Of a stretch of DNA of 64,000 nucleotides, positions 41,937 through 56,475 are shown piece after piece. Each line of letters opens with the position of its first letter. Within the stretch, counting starts at the first letter, position 1. Origin of the DNA: Octopus vulgaris (taxonomy: Eukaryota); NCBI GenBank assembly GCA_951406725.2, contig OX597825.1, forward strand, positions 9,176,001 through 9,240,000, in the 5' to 3' direction. A program made the translations under genes and the position numbers. The notes under the pieces were generated by a model. It saw nothing but the letters and a program-made list of their open reading frames with translations, searched no databases and was not told the DNA's origin.

Positions 41937-44038
41937 CAAATAAAGACTTGAAGCAATAATATTTGGATTTGTTTATGATAAAAATTTAACGGACAAAGCT
42001 TCTAGCATAACAAAAGTTTCTACTCATAATTTCAACAAGCATCTTCAATGGAACTCTATATATTCTCTACCGAGTTTCGTCTTGTGTCGCAATTTATCTC
42101 TCATGGTCGAAAATTTGTTTTCGTTTATGTATTTATTTTTTTGTGCAATATGCTCGAATTATTTGCATTTACGCTTTCATTCTTGAGAACGAACGTTCCC
42201 TTCCTCTCTTTTCTGAAAATCTACCATATGTACATGCAAGCCAACGCTAAAAATTAGTCGATGAAGTCAATCTTGGTAACGGTTTTCATTTAATACCCTT
42301 AGTTTAGTTATATCAGTCATCTAGAAATATTGGAAATATTTATTCCTCTAAGATTCCTTTTACCACAAAAATCTGTTCCTTTATAATGTCCTTGTGTACT
42401 TTATAATTTCTAGCAACAATCATTAAAAAAAGAACATTAGTTATGTTCAATATTTTTGTTGTATTTTGTTCACCTAAACGTTTCCATTTCCCGTATGAAG
42501 GGATAACTATATTCGTCTTGTTGTAATTATTATTTCTGTAAATTAGTGTTCACTTTTGAGCAGAAAGTTTCGCCAGAGATATTTTATTATAACTGATTGA
42601 TCTCTTTCTACATTTAATCGCATTTTATCTGCCTAATTTTCGTATATCACCACCCGTAATGATCAGTCGATGTTGTCTAATTTTTATAGCATTAAATTTT
42701 TGATGTTGAATAACTGCGATATTAATCCACATTTAAGAAATCAATAGCTGATATAAATATGAAGCACAACAAAATGGCTTTACATAAATTCATAGTAAAA
42801 AAATATGAAAATGAGATTTCTGCAGTGACCTTTTGCGAAGAAAAAAATACATATGTACATAAATGTATTAGTGTGCGTAGTCTACGTTTAGCGATTTCAG
42901 TTATTGGAATGCGACAAAGGTACAGAGGTACTTTCAAATGCTCTAGGCGCTAAACCCTCTTCTTTTCGATATATATCAGTGTCCATACTGACGTAGGTAG
43001 TTTCTACACAGAAGGTCAACATTTCCATCAAGTTTCATATTGGTATACTAGTGCGTTTTTTATATGGGTGTGTCACTCATTTTTCTTCAATCACCGATAA
43101 TGCTTCACCAGTTGGGACTTTATTGTTTTATGCATTTACATTGATGGACTCAATTAACTGTCTTATTATTACCTTTGATTTAACTTTTAATTATATCACA
43201 GTAATTTCGTGTATGCCCTACTAAAGCCACGTATAAGCAGCGCCGCCTCTTAAAGTCACATCCATTTGGCTTCCATTATGAGTTGTGTTCACTTTCATAG
43301 CAGATATTCTTGAAAAGGACATAAACATCATAGATTTCCATTCATTCTGCCATAAATAAAAAGCATTGGACCTAAACAATGAAGTATATATAGAAGAGCT
43401 GATATCCGAGAGAAGAATTAGTTTGTGTGTGCTGTTATTGTTGCTTATAACATTACTTCCTTAGCAAACAAATTTAGCTGTCTAAAGAAGAAACATGCTG
43501 TTTGCTTTATGTGAATCTCTGCGATAAAATGTAATTTCCTTCATTTATCAAAGACAAAGATATTACTCAACGTAGTCGGAGTTTTCCATCTTTAAATCAT
43601 TTTTTTTTCTATAAATTCTTGTTCGGTTTCATTTTCTGTGGACTATCGCTGCCAAACAGAAACACTTCTGTACAAACATTTTATCTCTGAATGTTCCTTT
43701 GATTTAGTGTGTCTTTTTATTAAAGGGAAACAAGTAACGAAGCAAATACATAGACCTATATATCTATGAAATATTGTTCAACTACTACAACGATACTTTT
43801 GCTGGGTGTATTGGTTTTCTACTGCTTGATCTGACGCAAAATATTTCTACCTATAGCTTCAAAAGATCCGTTTGTGTAAAAGATTAGGAACGGCAAAAAC
43901 TCGCTAATTGCTTGCGCTAGATATTAATTTCAAACTCACTGCTGTGTGTCAAATGAAAATTGTATTTAAGATAAAATGAATCAGGAAACAGGTCTAAAAT
44001 AGCTTTCATAGCCAATTCCTCTACATTACTACAACTGA

Positions 44039-44684
44039 AACTATAAAGACTACACACTAATATAACAACTACTCAACATTCTCGACAAAGCGTTATAAGT
44101 AAGAAATGCTTATGTTCTTATTTTGTCGGTAGCATCACAAAATCAAGTGTCCTTTTTGTACGTAGATTTCAAATTCCTAGTTTAACCAATGTACGTCATT
44201 CACTTGAAGAAACTGTCTGTTTTTTTCTTTTTTTAATATTTCAATAATGAAGACAGGATGGATTTCGAAAGAGATATCCAAGGACCCATGGATTAAAAGT
44301 AGTGTTTTCTCTTCACACCCTGACATACTAAATACAGTACGACATATTGAACCTATTAAAGCGATTTTGCACTAAAAGTTTGAATTCTGTAACCAAATCC
44401 TGAACAAGTAGTAAAACATTTATTCAAAGATGATTTCTAATAAATTTCATTACAAAAGGAAGATACACGAAAAACAAAAAGAAAATCCCGTAGAAATACT
44501 ATACCCTAAAATGACAACTATAAAGACTACACACTAATATAACAACTACTCAACATTCTCGACAATGTGTTATAAGTAAGAAATGCCTATGTTCTTACTT
44601 TGTCGGTAGCAACACAAAATCAAATGTCCTTTTTTGTATGTAGCAGATTTCAAATTCCTACTTTAACCAATGAACGTCATTCAC
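44039..44684 (+). repeat. Direct repeat of about 165 bp (44039-44203 and 44516-44684) bracketing an inverted Penelope fragment
   Basis: AACTATAAAGACTACACACTAATATAACAACTACTCAACATTCTCGACAA...ACGTCATTCAC occurs twice with few differences. Confidence 0.92.
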
Positions 44685-45239
44685 GTCAAAAGGAATTGTG
44701 CCTCAGAAAGAAATGACCGTCCGACGTATTCGTTTCATTACCGAATAAACATGTATTTCTTTCAATACAGGATATAATAAATTAGACACCGAAGGAAAGT
44801 AATATTTTATCACAATTAATGTAATGATAAACAAAATGGCTTTGCATAAATTTATAGTAATGAAATTTATTAGAAATGATATTTGAATAAATGTTTTACT
44901 ATTTGTTCAGGATTTGGTTACAGGATTCGAAATTTTTGTGCAAAATCGTTTTTCTAGGTTCAATATGCTGTTCTGTATTTAGTATGCAGGGCGTGAAGTG
45001 AAAACCCTGCTTTTAATCCATGCGTCCTTGGATGTATATAATGACCCACTTTCATAATTTACCAGATGTGGGTCCCAATTTAATGATGGTATTTGTATCA
45101 GCGTATTCATAGCATATCAATAGTATACTAGATTTAAACAATTACCTTGTTCTTAGGTAGTCGATCACGATAACCACACTTTATTATTGATAGTTGTTTC
45201 TTCCAAAATCTATCTGAATGACATAATGATACTATAACA

Positions 45240-46700
45240 GAAATGCGAACCATACTAGAGCTCCCCTCCGCTGCGACGAGTACTCTGAAATCCCCATAAA
45301 TACTGTCGAGTACTATTACACATTTTCAAACTGAAACATAAGGTAATTCCAATGTAGCTTTCCAGGCACTCACAACGCTTTCATTGGCTAAATGCTTTAA
45401 AATACTTGTCTGAGTATTCTGTTAAATATAATCAAGTAGCACAATTTGATCTCCTGAATTTTCTAACAATAGTACAGTAAATTTGTTTATTAGGTTTTAC
45501 CCATGTAAATCCTAGGGTGAGTTTTGCTTTTGAGTACTTATTGATTTTCCGAAAGACAATAGTTAATGTTTTATAAACATCGTCAAATATTTCGACATTT
45601 TTGAAGTGAAATGTAGATACGAAAGGCAGAACATTTTCCATGCGCTGACTTACTTTTCACTCTCCGAAAATGTATTTCTACAGGATTTTCTTGTTTTTCC
45701 TTTTCGGTTCTTTTCCTTTTGTAATGAAATTTATTAGAAATGATCTTTGAATAAATCTTTTACTTTTTGTTCAGAATTCGGTTACAGGATTCGAAATTTT
45801 TGTGCAAAATCGTTTTTCTAGGTTCAGCATGTTATTCTGTATTTAGTATACCAGGTCGTGAAGAGAAAACACAGCTTTTAATCCATGCGCCTTTGGATGT
45901 CTCTTTCGATGATCCATCCTGTCTTCATTGTTGAAATATGAAAAAAAAACAGGCAGTTTCTTCAAGTTAAATTCTGTTACGCCTTAAATATTTTAGCCTG
46001 CGTAGCTAATCTGATTTTTAAGCTCCGTAAATTTGTCAGGATTAGCCTTGATAAAGTGAAACACTATATATTTTTTTCACTTGCCTTTCAAATATATATA
46101 AAATGTGTTTCTAAACATTCCAAACATTTGTAAAAGTCCATCACAAAGTTTCCTCTCATGGTATGCCGTTAGCAAGATGGCGCGAGCGTAAATGTCCATC
46201 GCATTCCTTGATATTATCAGCAAGCTGAGTCATCGAATGTTGAATAATTTTCGTAATATAAATCGAATTCTGCCAGCAATAAACAGTTACGATAGCTGAA
46301 AATGGCATGTATCTTTCCAATATCTTATCGCATCCATTCGATCATTGTGAGTCGCATTACAGTAACATTAATATCAAAGAAAGCAAGAATTGTACGAGGG
46401 CTTAATGATTTAGTTAAATGCTTAAATTTATCAAGACCATTTCCAGTAAAGTCTGTATTTGCCTTAATTGAGTGTTCCATAAGCTGTCCAAAATATTTAA
46501 CCGATGGGTTTCAGATGTAGGGGCTGCTAAAATAGGCTTCAATTTCAAATCATCTGGATGGTATTTCGATATTTTGGCTTTTGAATGAGTATAAGCGTCA
46601 CTTATAATCATATGTTTGAATACGTTCAATAGGCCATAGAAACAGTCGGGGAGGCCATAGAACTGTTGCTACATTCATATATTAAGGTAGTCAAATGCCT
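45240..46700 (-). pseudogene. Penelope-like element, RT plus GIY-YIG remnant
   Basis: Minus-strand order: DLKLKPILAAPTSETHRL, TILAFFDI, IERDI..NLEKRFCTKIS, LPFVSTFHFKNVEIF, CECLESYIGIT. Confidence 0.85.
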
Positions 46701-46814
46701 GATCAATAAATATAAATTTTCATTGTTTATTGTTTTTTTTATATATTTGTTCTCTTTCATAGTTATTTTTGTTTTCTAGCATTTTAACAAGTGCTCAATA
46801 ATAATTTACAAAAC

Positions 46815-47000
46815 TGCCTTTACATTATTTACATTATTTACATTTGACAAATATTTGTCCTCATCTTGTTTGTTGTTAACACAACGTTGCGGCTGATGTA
46901 CCCTCCAGCTTTCATCAGGTGTCTTGGGGGAAATTTCGAACCTGGGTTCTCATTCTTAATGTATTTTCCAACGTTATTATTATTATTCTTGTTGTTGTTG

Positions 47001-47085
<85 letters not shown>

Positions 47086-47205
47086 CATTCAGGTCACTTG
47101 AGGGTATATCAGCCGAAAGGTTGTGTTAAGAACAAGCAATGTGAGGACAAATAACCATCAAATGTAAATAGTGTACATAATTCCTCATCTTTTAAATATA
47201 GACCT
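46815..47205 (-). mobile_element. HHR-bearing element with internal (AAT)n and an inverted copy of its own tail
   Basis: Minus strand GACAC-CTGATGA-AAGCTG..CAGCC-GCAA-CGTT-GTGTT at 46878-46925. The same tail is inverted at 47100-47205, with an ATT array at about 46975-47085 between them. Confidence 0.85.
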
Positions 47206-48274
47206 GTAACACTGCCTTTATTGCCTTTTGTATATATAGCTCCATTGTCACTTTGTTTTCCATTTCTGTTATATGGTCGATTTAATGTTCCTATTTTCTG
47301 TCAGTACAATAAAGAAAATTCAACACAGATTCATAGGAAAGAAATGCACTTTTTAAAATTTACTTTTGATGTCATCAACATTATTATCTTTATAAAAACT
47401 ACTTAACCTTACATTTTGCCCGAATTATATAATGTCATTTTCCCGGCAAAAGCGTTAGACTTTTGGCGATTAGTTATATATTTTACCCCATTACATAATA
47501 ACTTATTAATATTTATTGTGATAAATAATTAAACTTCACATTCCGTTGTTCATTAGCCAACTTATGTCCTGGTATCTCTGAATTCGATCTAAAAATCCAG
47601 TTGTTTTGTCTCCTCTTTGACATTAATTGCCCCTCAATTTAAAGTTAACCTATAAAATCTACCCCACGATCTATTATAATTATTGGCATTTTTATACAAA
47701 TTAGTTGTTGCCGTAGTTGCTTCTACGTATAATTTCATGTTGGATTTCAAAAACTCCTAATTATATTCTAACGATAACTATTGAATAATTGATTATTCTT
47801 CGCAATTTTCAGAAGAATTTGTTTATTCGAAAATTTGATTGTCTGTGTTTATAATATCTAGAAGTCTTTTATATTCTCCTTAATTCCATTTATTGTGAAA
47901 TTATCAAACTTTGGTTTCAGCATTTAGTATGTAACATCTATGCCTGGTCTTCCTAATTAACGATGCATAAGCGCGCGCGAGCGTGGTGTGTTCGTGTGTG
48001 CGTGTGTGTATGTGTGTGTGTGTGTGCGCGAGTCCACGTAAGTGTCTGTGTATGTGTCATAATCAACCCTTACACAGTGTAAGGTGGATGTTTTTCAATG
48101 TGGATATTTGCGCGTGTATTTTTGTATATTTTCTTGGTGGTACTGATGGAGTATCGTTGTATCATTCTGCTTATCTATCTATCAGTCTGTCTGTCTACCA
48201 AGTTAGACGCATGCTTGTGCGCGTGCGCTCGTGTGTGCGTGCGTGCGTGTGCGCGTGTGGAACATCGACGTCAC

Positions 48275-48625
48275 AAGATCATGCTGTATGGCGAACAATC
48301 CTCTGTTCATCGTGATATACGAGCATCAGAAAGGGGGTACAGGGACAACCTAAAGAAATACTTGGGTGCCTGCCACATTCAGTACCACCGCTGGTCTGTT
48401 CTTAATTACTGACCATGAACCCTGATGGCTCACTGTCCATTGGTCTATGAACTTCTTTGAATACCCCACACAGGACCATCCTTGAGAATGGAGATAGTAC
48501 AAGGAGTCTAAAATTAGCCCTGATTAACGATCCGTCCCTCGCAGCCTCTGTCATTGTGTCTGTTTGTCCCGATACGGTCTCGTTGGGCATCAGCACGTCT
48601 GCAGCAATCGAGGACATAACCCTGT
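48275..48625 (+). pseudogene. RTE/BovB-like LINE 3' end
   Basis: KIMLYGEQSSVHRDIRASERGYRDNLKKYLGACHI..RW, then the C2H2-like C.CVCLSRYGLVGHQHVCS. Confidence 0.85.
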
Positions 48626-48686
48626 ATAAACAAATCTTAGGTCGCAGAGCCAAGCGAAAAAAAAAATATATATATATATCAAATAG

Positions 48687-48958
48687 AAAATGGGACAAGA
48701 ACGCAAAACATCCGGACAGCTAGGTGACACAAAAATGGGACAACAAAGCATCCAGACAGACGACACAAAGAAAACAAGGACGGATCATTCAAAGTTTTTC
48801 TTTCCTCAGTCAAGTGCCAGATTATCTTCGCAATGTCAGCTGATTATACTTGAGATTGCTCCAATCTGGCCAATCCCAAGGAAAAACTAAGCTAAGAGCA
48901 TTAGAGTCCTTAGATAAAGGAGGGAATGTATATAAAACAAGGACGGTAAAAAATGGAC
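48687..48958. repeat. Dispersed ~270-bp repeat, copy 1
   Basis: Aligns end to end with 62757-63026 (GGACAAGAACGCAAAACATCC..GAGATTGCTCCAATCTGGCCA..CTAAGCTAAGA). Confidence 0.9.
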
Positions 48959-49041
48959 TAATTATGCTACCAAACCGCTTCCACTTTTTTTTAAATATTT
49001 GCTTCCTAATCGAAACTTGATTTGTTCTTTGCCATAGCTCC

Positions 49042-49044
<3 letters not shown>

Positions 49045-49074
<30 letters not shown>

Positions 49075-49370
49075 TGTATGTATGTATGTATGTATGTATG
49101 TATGTATGTATGTATGTATGTATGTATGTATGTATGTATGTATGTATTTATGTATGTATGTATTTATGTATGTATTTATGTATGTATGTATTAATATATG
49201 TATTTATTTATGTATGTAAGTATGTGTGTGTGTGTGTATGTACGTATGTGTGTATGTATGTATTTATGTATGTATTTATGTATGTATTTATGTATGTATG
49301 TATGAATGTATTTATGTATGTATGTATGTATGTGTGTATGTATGTATGTATGTTTGTATGTATATGTATG
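49045..49370. repeat. (TATG)n microsatellite
   Basis: Tetranucleotide array that decays to the right. Confidence 0.96.
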
Positions 49371-50304
49371 AAAGCGCGTGTGTGTTAATATGCTTGCGTT
49401 TCTATGTGATATACGCATATTTATTGTATTACTTTACGAACCAGTTTCGAAATAACTGCACGTGGAACATGCAAATATAAAAGTACGCTCGTGGAAGATT
49501 ATAACAATTTGATTGACTTTTCTTTACAACTATTTTCCTTTAAGACATCTGCCGTTATTTGAAATGCTTGCATCAAGTAATGCATCAATGTAAAGAGAAG
49601 AAAAAGGACTTGAACATTTTTCCCCCTTTCTCAATTTTTTCTTCTTTTTTTGTTCATTTCGCTAACACAATTCCTCATTTTCATTGGTATTCTACTAAAG
49701 TTACCAAAAGAATTGAAAACCACTCTCAGAATATAAATGGGAAATTGTCAGAATTCTGAGCAACAACAAAATATATAGAGCTCGACCAAGCCGTAAGTCC
49801 CCAGAATCTATAGATAACACAGCATTTAGAATAAAACATGCCGCTATATTTTTTGCTATTTACAGATATGTTTGACATCCTGTTCGTTGCAATGGTGGAT
49901 AATGTTAAGCAAATATACTGGTTGGTATCGATTATGAATTTACAGCCAGCCTCAAGAGAGAAGTTGATCCCTTTTAACAACTCGATGTATGGTAAAAACA
50001 CTGTTACTTTTACAAGAACACATTGGTATTCCGACTGATATGTAAAGAAATGCATGAAAATAAAACTAATATTCGATGCAGCCATTGCGATATATTATTC
50101 CGAGTCTTCCTTTTTTCGATAGCAGACGATCGGGGATGCTCTAATGCAGGCTAAAAGAAAGGTAAAGGTATAGAATTAAAAAGCCCTTTTGCGGCATATG
50201 TTCCATAGGGGACGTTAATGATAAATTTTTTAATAAGGTAATCTCCGCGCAAGGATGTACTAAAATATGCATATGTGTATAAAAGCATACATACACAACA
50301 CACA

Positions 50305-50385
<81 letters not shown>

Positions 50386-50466
50386 CTATATATGAGTATA
50401 TATACATATATAAATATATGTATATATATGAGTGAGTCTGTGTGCATATATATGTATTTATACATG

Positions 50467-50498
<32 letters not shown>

Positions 50499-50529
50499 CG
50501 TCTGCATGTATATGTATCCCCAGATACAG

Positions 50530-50563
<34 letters not shown>

Positions 50564-51060
50564 ATATACAGCAATATATATATATGTATATATATATGTG
50601 TGTATATATATATATGTGTGTGTATATATATATATATACATATATATATATACATATATATATATACATATATATATATACATATATATCCAAATGGAGT
50701 TTAGCAACAAGTTATATTTCAGATATACATATATACTAATGTATGTATGAATATGAATAGATCAATGCTTTCATGTATTAACACGCCATTCTATTTGTCT
50801 GCTTCCCTCTTAAATATAGGAGCAGTTTTCTGTTTTTCTTCCTTATCTATGTCATATATCTCTGCGTATTTGACACACATCTTTATATCACCAGATGGAA
50901 TCAGCAAATATTTCCTTCTCAGTCTCCCATTCTCTCCATCACTAGCATTATGAATGCACATATATTTGTACATACTTAGAGATAGAGAGAAAGAGAGAGA
51001 GAGGGAGAAAGAAACAGAGAGAGAACGAGACAGAGAGAAAGAGAGAGAAAGAAGAGGGAT

Positions 51061-51105
<45 letters not shown>

Positions 51106-51261
51106 CATTTATGTATATATATATATATATATATACATACATACATACATACATATATATATATATATACACACAAATGCCAACATACAAGTATATACAT
51201 GTGAGTGCATATGTGTGAATGTGTGACTTTGTGTGTGTGTATGTGTATCCTTATATGCGGG

Positions 51262-51297
<36 letters not shown>

Positions 51298-53365
51298 TAT
51301 ATGTATGTGCAGATTCGTTTACATATATAGGTATTTCTCGGCAGTTTTAAAGGATGAATAATATTAAATATATAAATATTTGTCTGTTTAGTATAGAAAC
51401 CCTTTTAGATATATGGATCCGACTGCGTTGTTAGGAATGTAAGTGAATTTATTGTTTCGTTCAGTTCTCATAAAATGCATCTAAGTGTATCATACCGAAT
51501 CTTGGTTTCCTTCTTCTTTTACATGTTATGCTCCTACATTCCACAACTGTTGCTCTCTGATGTTATACTAATGTTATTCATAAGTGACTCAACGATCTAC
51601 ATATAGTAAATATGCTTTACCAGTTCTGCTGTCTTCTCTTTCCTCAAACAACGTGACTGCTTTTTGAAGTGACAGAGATTTTCTTTTCTTTCGCAACAGT
51701 TTATGTCTCCCAGCGTTTGAAATATTTGTATTAATCTTTAGCAACACACAGACTCTGAATCTGATGTAGTTACTGAAGTGTTTTCCATTTGTCTCTTTCG
51801 CTCGTGGAATTTATGTCTTAACCGGGTGGTATTATCATCCTGATGGTATGACTTATACTTGTGTTTTGCTAAATAAATTTGAAAGAAGCGATTCTTGTAA
51901 ATTAAGTTCATTGTAGATTACATTTCTCCTTCATAAGCATTTGAACTCCATAATTCTATCCTGAACAGGTCTGTCAATAAACAATAGAAATAATATGTTA
52001 CATATATGAGCGATTCGTCATCTATATTATATATTTCTTTCTGTAGAAATACCACCTTACTGCCCTAGTGATCTCAGCAGATTATATAAATTATTGATAT
52101 TTTTGTTTCTTCAATAACATAATTCAGCTGAATGCTAATGAAAGGAAATAGTCGATCGCATTGACGATAACATTTTATATCCACTTCTCTTTTCACCTGG
52201 TAATTACGTAGGGCAAAATTTTACTGACGTGTTTTACACTCAGAACCGTCACCATCGAAAATAATCTATATCAGATAATGTATTTAGTGCATTGCTGTAA
52301 TTCCTCAACCATCTTAGCTGTCTTAGCATTGATTAAATATTTAGATTGTCACATTGGTTCTGTTTAGAATTCACACTAATAGCTTAGTTCGAGTCAGAGT
52401 GAATTTCAAACAAAATGGAACTGATAACATGCGAACAAAACTAAAACACGTTTACGCTTTTCAGCTTCTCGTGAATTTGTAGGAAGTGAAAGTATCAGTG
52501 CATATATGCCTTAAACAAAATATAACATTTAGTTGTGACAATTAATGTAATAGAGTAGCTTTAGTATAAAAAGAAAATAAATTTAAAAGGAAAACGTAGA
52601 CGTTGATATATGATGTGATTTGCTTTTTCTGTTGAAAATTATGCTTCCTGGTTATTTGTATAGCCTCCAAAGATGCTATTCTTTCCTGCGACTTCATCTT
52701 TATGTAAATTCATCCTGCATACTTGAAAAATAACACTTTTCGTAGCTCAAATGGATATAGTTTGCAAAGAAAACACAGCACAAGGAGGAAAATAGAAGAA
52801 TGAGAGAGCGAAAGAGAGAATCGAAGAAGCAGAGAATGGTTGAGAGTAGAATAAAGATAGAATTCCAACAAAGAGTTGGAAGCCCATGAGAGATAAAAAG
52901 GTAGATACATAACAAAGCAGAAAAGTTTATATATACATGTGTGTATGTGTGTGTGTGTCTGTTTGAATGTGTTTCATTATGTATACGTTGGTATATAGAG
53001 ATAGATATATAGAAAATAGAGAGATATGAATGCATTCATATATACAGGTATGTGTGATTGTGTATAGAATGTATGCAAGGGTCTGTGTTTATGTATGCGT
53101 ATGAATACATGTGTATATGTCAGTGTAGCAGAGAAAAGCTACTCACAGCCTAATCATTTCTTATATGCCAGCAGCTACAAAAGGGGACTCTGAGAATCTA
53201 ATTTGCCATTCAATTCTAAAGAGTGCTGTAGTAGCCAGAGGCAACATTTTAGAGACTTTCGTAAAAAGCTTCAAAATAAGACAATGATAAAATAACTAAA
53301 GCTACAACAACAATGAAAAGAGAATTAGCACATAATTATAATTTCAATTTTCAATTTTAGTTATG

Positions 53366-53398
<33 letters not shown>

Positions 53399-53494
53399 AC
53401 TTTTTATATCATTTACGAACATTCATAATATATGAAAGTAATTGTGTGTGTTTGTACATTAATGTATACGTACATATATCTATATGTATATGTG

Positions 53495-53565
<71 letters not shown>

Positions 53566-53855
53566 GATTAGTTCTTTTGTAATTCTATTACCTGAAAATT
53601 TTTGTTAAATAACAATAGTATTATATGTAAAAGCAAATTAGGGTGATGACATTGTCATATACGCTTAACAGTAAGGTGAAATTACTAGAAGATGATTCAG
53701 AAAGGTAGAAATTGTAAGATTTCTGGCACGTCTAATAAGGGTTAAGTGTTTTTAATGAAAAGTATTTCGATTGTATATATATATGTGTGGGAACCTGTAC
53801 ATCTTTATCCAGCTATTGATCGATCCATCTTTCCAACCATCCAGCCATCTATCTT

Positions 53856-53940
<85 letters not shown>

Positions 53941-54014
53941 AGTCCTATGAACCCAGAAATCGAAAACAGAGTTGCTTATTTGCAAAAAAAAAAAAAAAAA
54001 AAGAAATATAAAAT

Positions 54015-54328
54015 GTGACTTCATTGACCGAGGTTACCGTGGTCTTTTCCGTAGGCTTTTCTTTCCACGGGTAAACCTCACCTGTCCTCCCCTTTACACT
54101 TCATATTGACATTTCTGTGATAACGATCCCTATTGATCAATTTTTTTTTCCTCTCCCCCTTTTTTTTTTAACCCCCCTTTTTTTTGTCCTCTTTCTCTCC
54201 TTTTACGATCCCTTTTGATCGAAACTCCCCCTTCCTTTTTTTTTTTTTTTTAAACCTTCAAAAGAAAAGCTCTACCTTGTAATTTGTTCTATCTGTGTGC
54301 AGCCCTGTGTGGCTAATAAAGAAACATA
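54015..54328 (+). mobile_element. Probable LINE 3' UTR remnant
   Basis: Pyrimidine-rich, with stem-loops. Ends CTGTGTGCAGCCCTGTGTGGCTAATAAAGAAAC followed by an (ATCT)n tail; this end resembles the family A SINE tail. Confidence 0.55.
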
Positions 54329-54329
54329 T

Positions 54330-54339
54330 ATATCTATCC

Positions 54340-54392
<53 letters not shown>

Positions 54393-54522
54393 CCTATCTA
54401 TCTATCTATTTATCTACCTACCTACCAACCTATCTATCTATCTATCTATCTATCTACCTTCATACCTACCTACCTGCCTATCTATCTATCTATCTATCTA
54501 TATATCTATCTATCTATCTATC

Positions 54523-54555
<33 letters not shown>

Positions 54556-54574
54556 CTGTCTGTCTATCTACCTA

Positions 54575-54625
<51 letters not shown>

Positions 54626-54645
54626 GTTTGTATGTCTATCTATCT
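54330..54645. repeat. (ATCT)n microsatellite (a second array lies at 53855-53940)
   Basis: Tetranucleotide arrays. Confidence 0.95.
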
Positions 54646-56332
54646 CTCTCTCTGTATATACACACAAACACACACACGTATATATATATGTATAGCTATA
54701 TCAACATACTTATACAGACACGCACACATGCACGCACGCACAAACGCTCACACATGCACACACATACAGGAAATAAAGTATATAGTCAGAAATTGATTGA
54801 TTTGTTTTTATTTGAACCCTTAAATACTTCGGAGAATTGTTTGGTGATAGAAAAGAAAAAAAAAATTATTGCAATACATTTGAGATTTACTGGAAGAAAT
54901 ATGATACACCGATGGAAAACCATTCATAGCACCACATCACTAAATGGCATTGAATGTCCAATAGTTACTCACTTGTATTTCTTATTTTGTTCCCATTGTG
55001 AGGATTATTTAATCTTACCATTATATTTACCAAAACAGAGCGAAATATATGCCGCCTTGCATTCAAAGAAGATCAGAGACATTTTCGTATGCACAGGTAT
55101 CATAAAATAAGGAATAGCTTCAATATTTTTTACTATACACAATCCTGCTAATTTACTTTCCAAGTTCAAATCCCTTTTAATTTTACTCCAGTTTCATCCA
55201 TCCAATTTTCATAATTTTGCAGTACAATTTAAGTACTTGGGTCGAATTAAGAGATTTATTTCTTCTTGCAAATTTGTGACACGGCATTGGCTAATGTAGA
55301 AATAACATTAATGTATGAGTAAAATTTTAATTATTAAATATACAACGGATACCCGACTAGCTGCATCTGTAGAGATACATTGAGCTGTCTAGATACGATT
55401 TTTTACTTTCTCATGCGGAGGTTGAATTCCCTTTTCACTCTTCCGGATAGTATAACAAAATTAACAGTGAAGTGTTAGGAATATACTTCATTGTTCTCTG
55501 TTCCATTCCTCCAATTCTTGCCGTAAGCCCCCTTTAAAATATAATTAGATATACTTAACAATGAAGGAAATGTAGATAATAGAATGATGAACGAGAGATA
55601 TATGCAGAACATAGTTCAGATATCATTTAAAAGCAGATGATATACAGGGAAACCGATGGCAAATCTAAAGATTTATCATAAAAGAAGAAATGCTTAGATG
55701 TTAATAAAACCTCACAAACTGTGATGGATGAACATGTGACCCCGAATTAATCTTTCCTATTATGCGCGGTTGAATACCTAAAATATTAAATAATATGTTC
55801 GCTTAAATGCTACTGAGCTGTATCAATACATTAAAAAACAGCAACACATAATATATAGTTAGGGAAATTTCAGCACAGAAAATATATTTCTATTCTAAGA
55901 CCCAGCTTGATATTGTTGAGATAATTTGAATTCAACCTATAAGCCAAAAATTTAAAAAATCGCAATATTTTTTTTTTATTGAATGATAAATGTACATGCG
56001 TATTATATATATATATATATATATATGCTGCTTTAAATTGTTAAAGATATTTAAGAATAGAGATCTATGAGAGGAGATTACCAGATTCAGAAGAGTGAAA
56101 ACAGAGTTAATAAAAAGATGATATGTAAGTGACTGAAAAAATATATAGTAATGAATAAAAGAAAGCCTGAGCTCAGAAAAATACAGAGTATACTTAACAA
56201 TGTGAGCATATGAAGAGCAATAGTTTTTATAAACCAGAACATAAAAACAATAAAACGAAATATGAATATACCCAAAACGTAGTGATATGCTTTCCGTAGA
56301 GTCCTGAAGGAACCCAGTCAAATTTTGAGAAA

Positions 56333-56475
<143 letters not shown>

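Noticed and set aside
49866-50038. Possible host exon after TTTTTTGCTATTTACAG
   Set aside because: Good acceptor-like site, but the peptide is unrecognisable and no partner exons were found.
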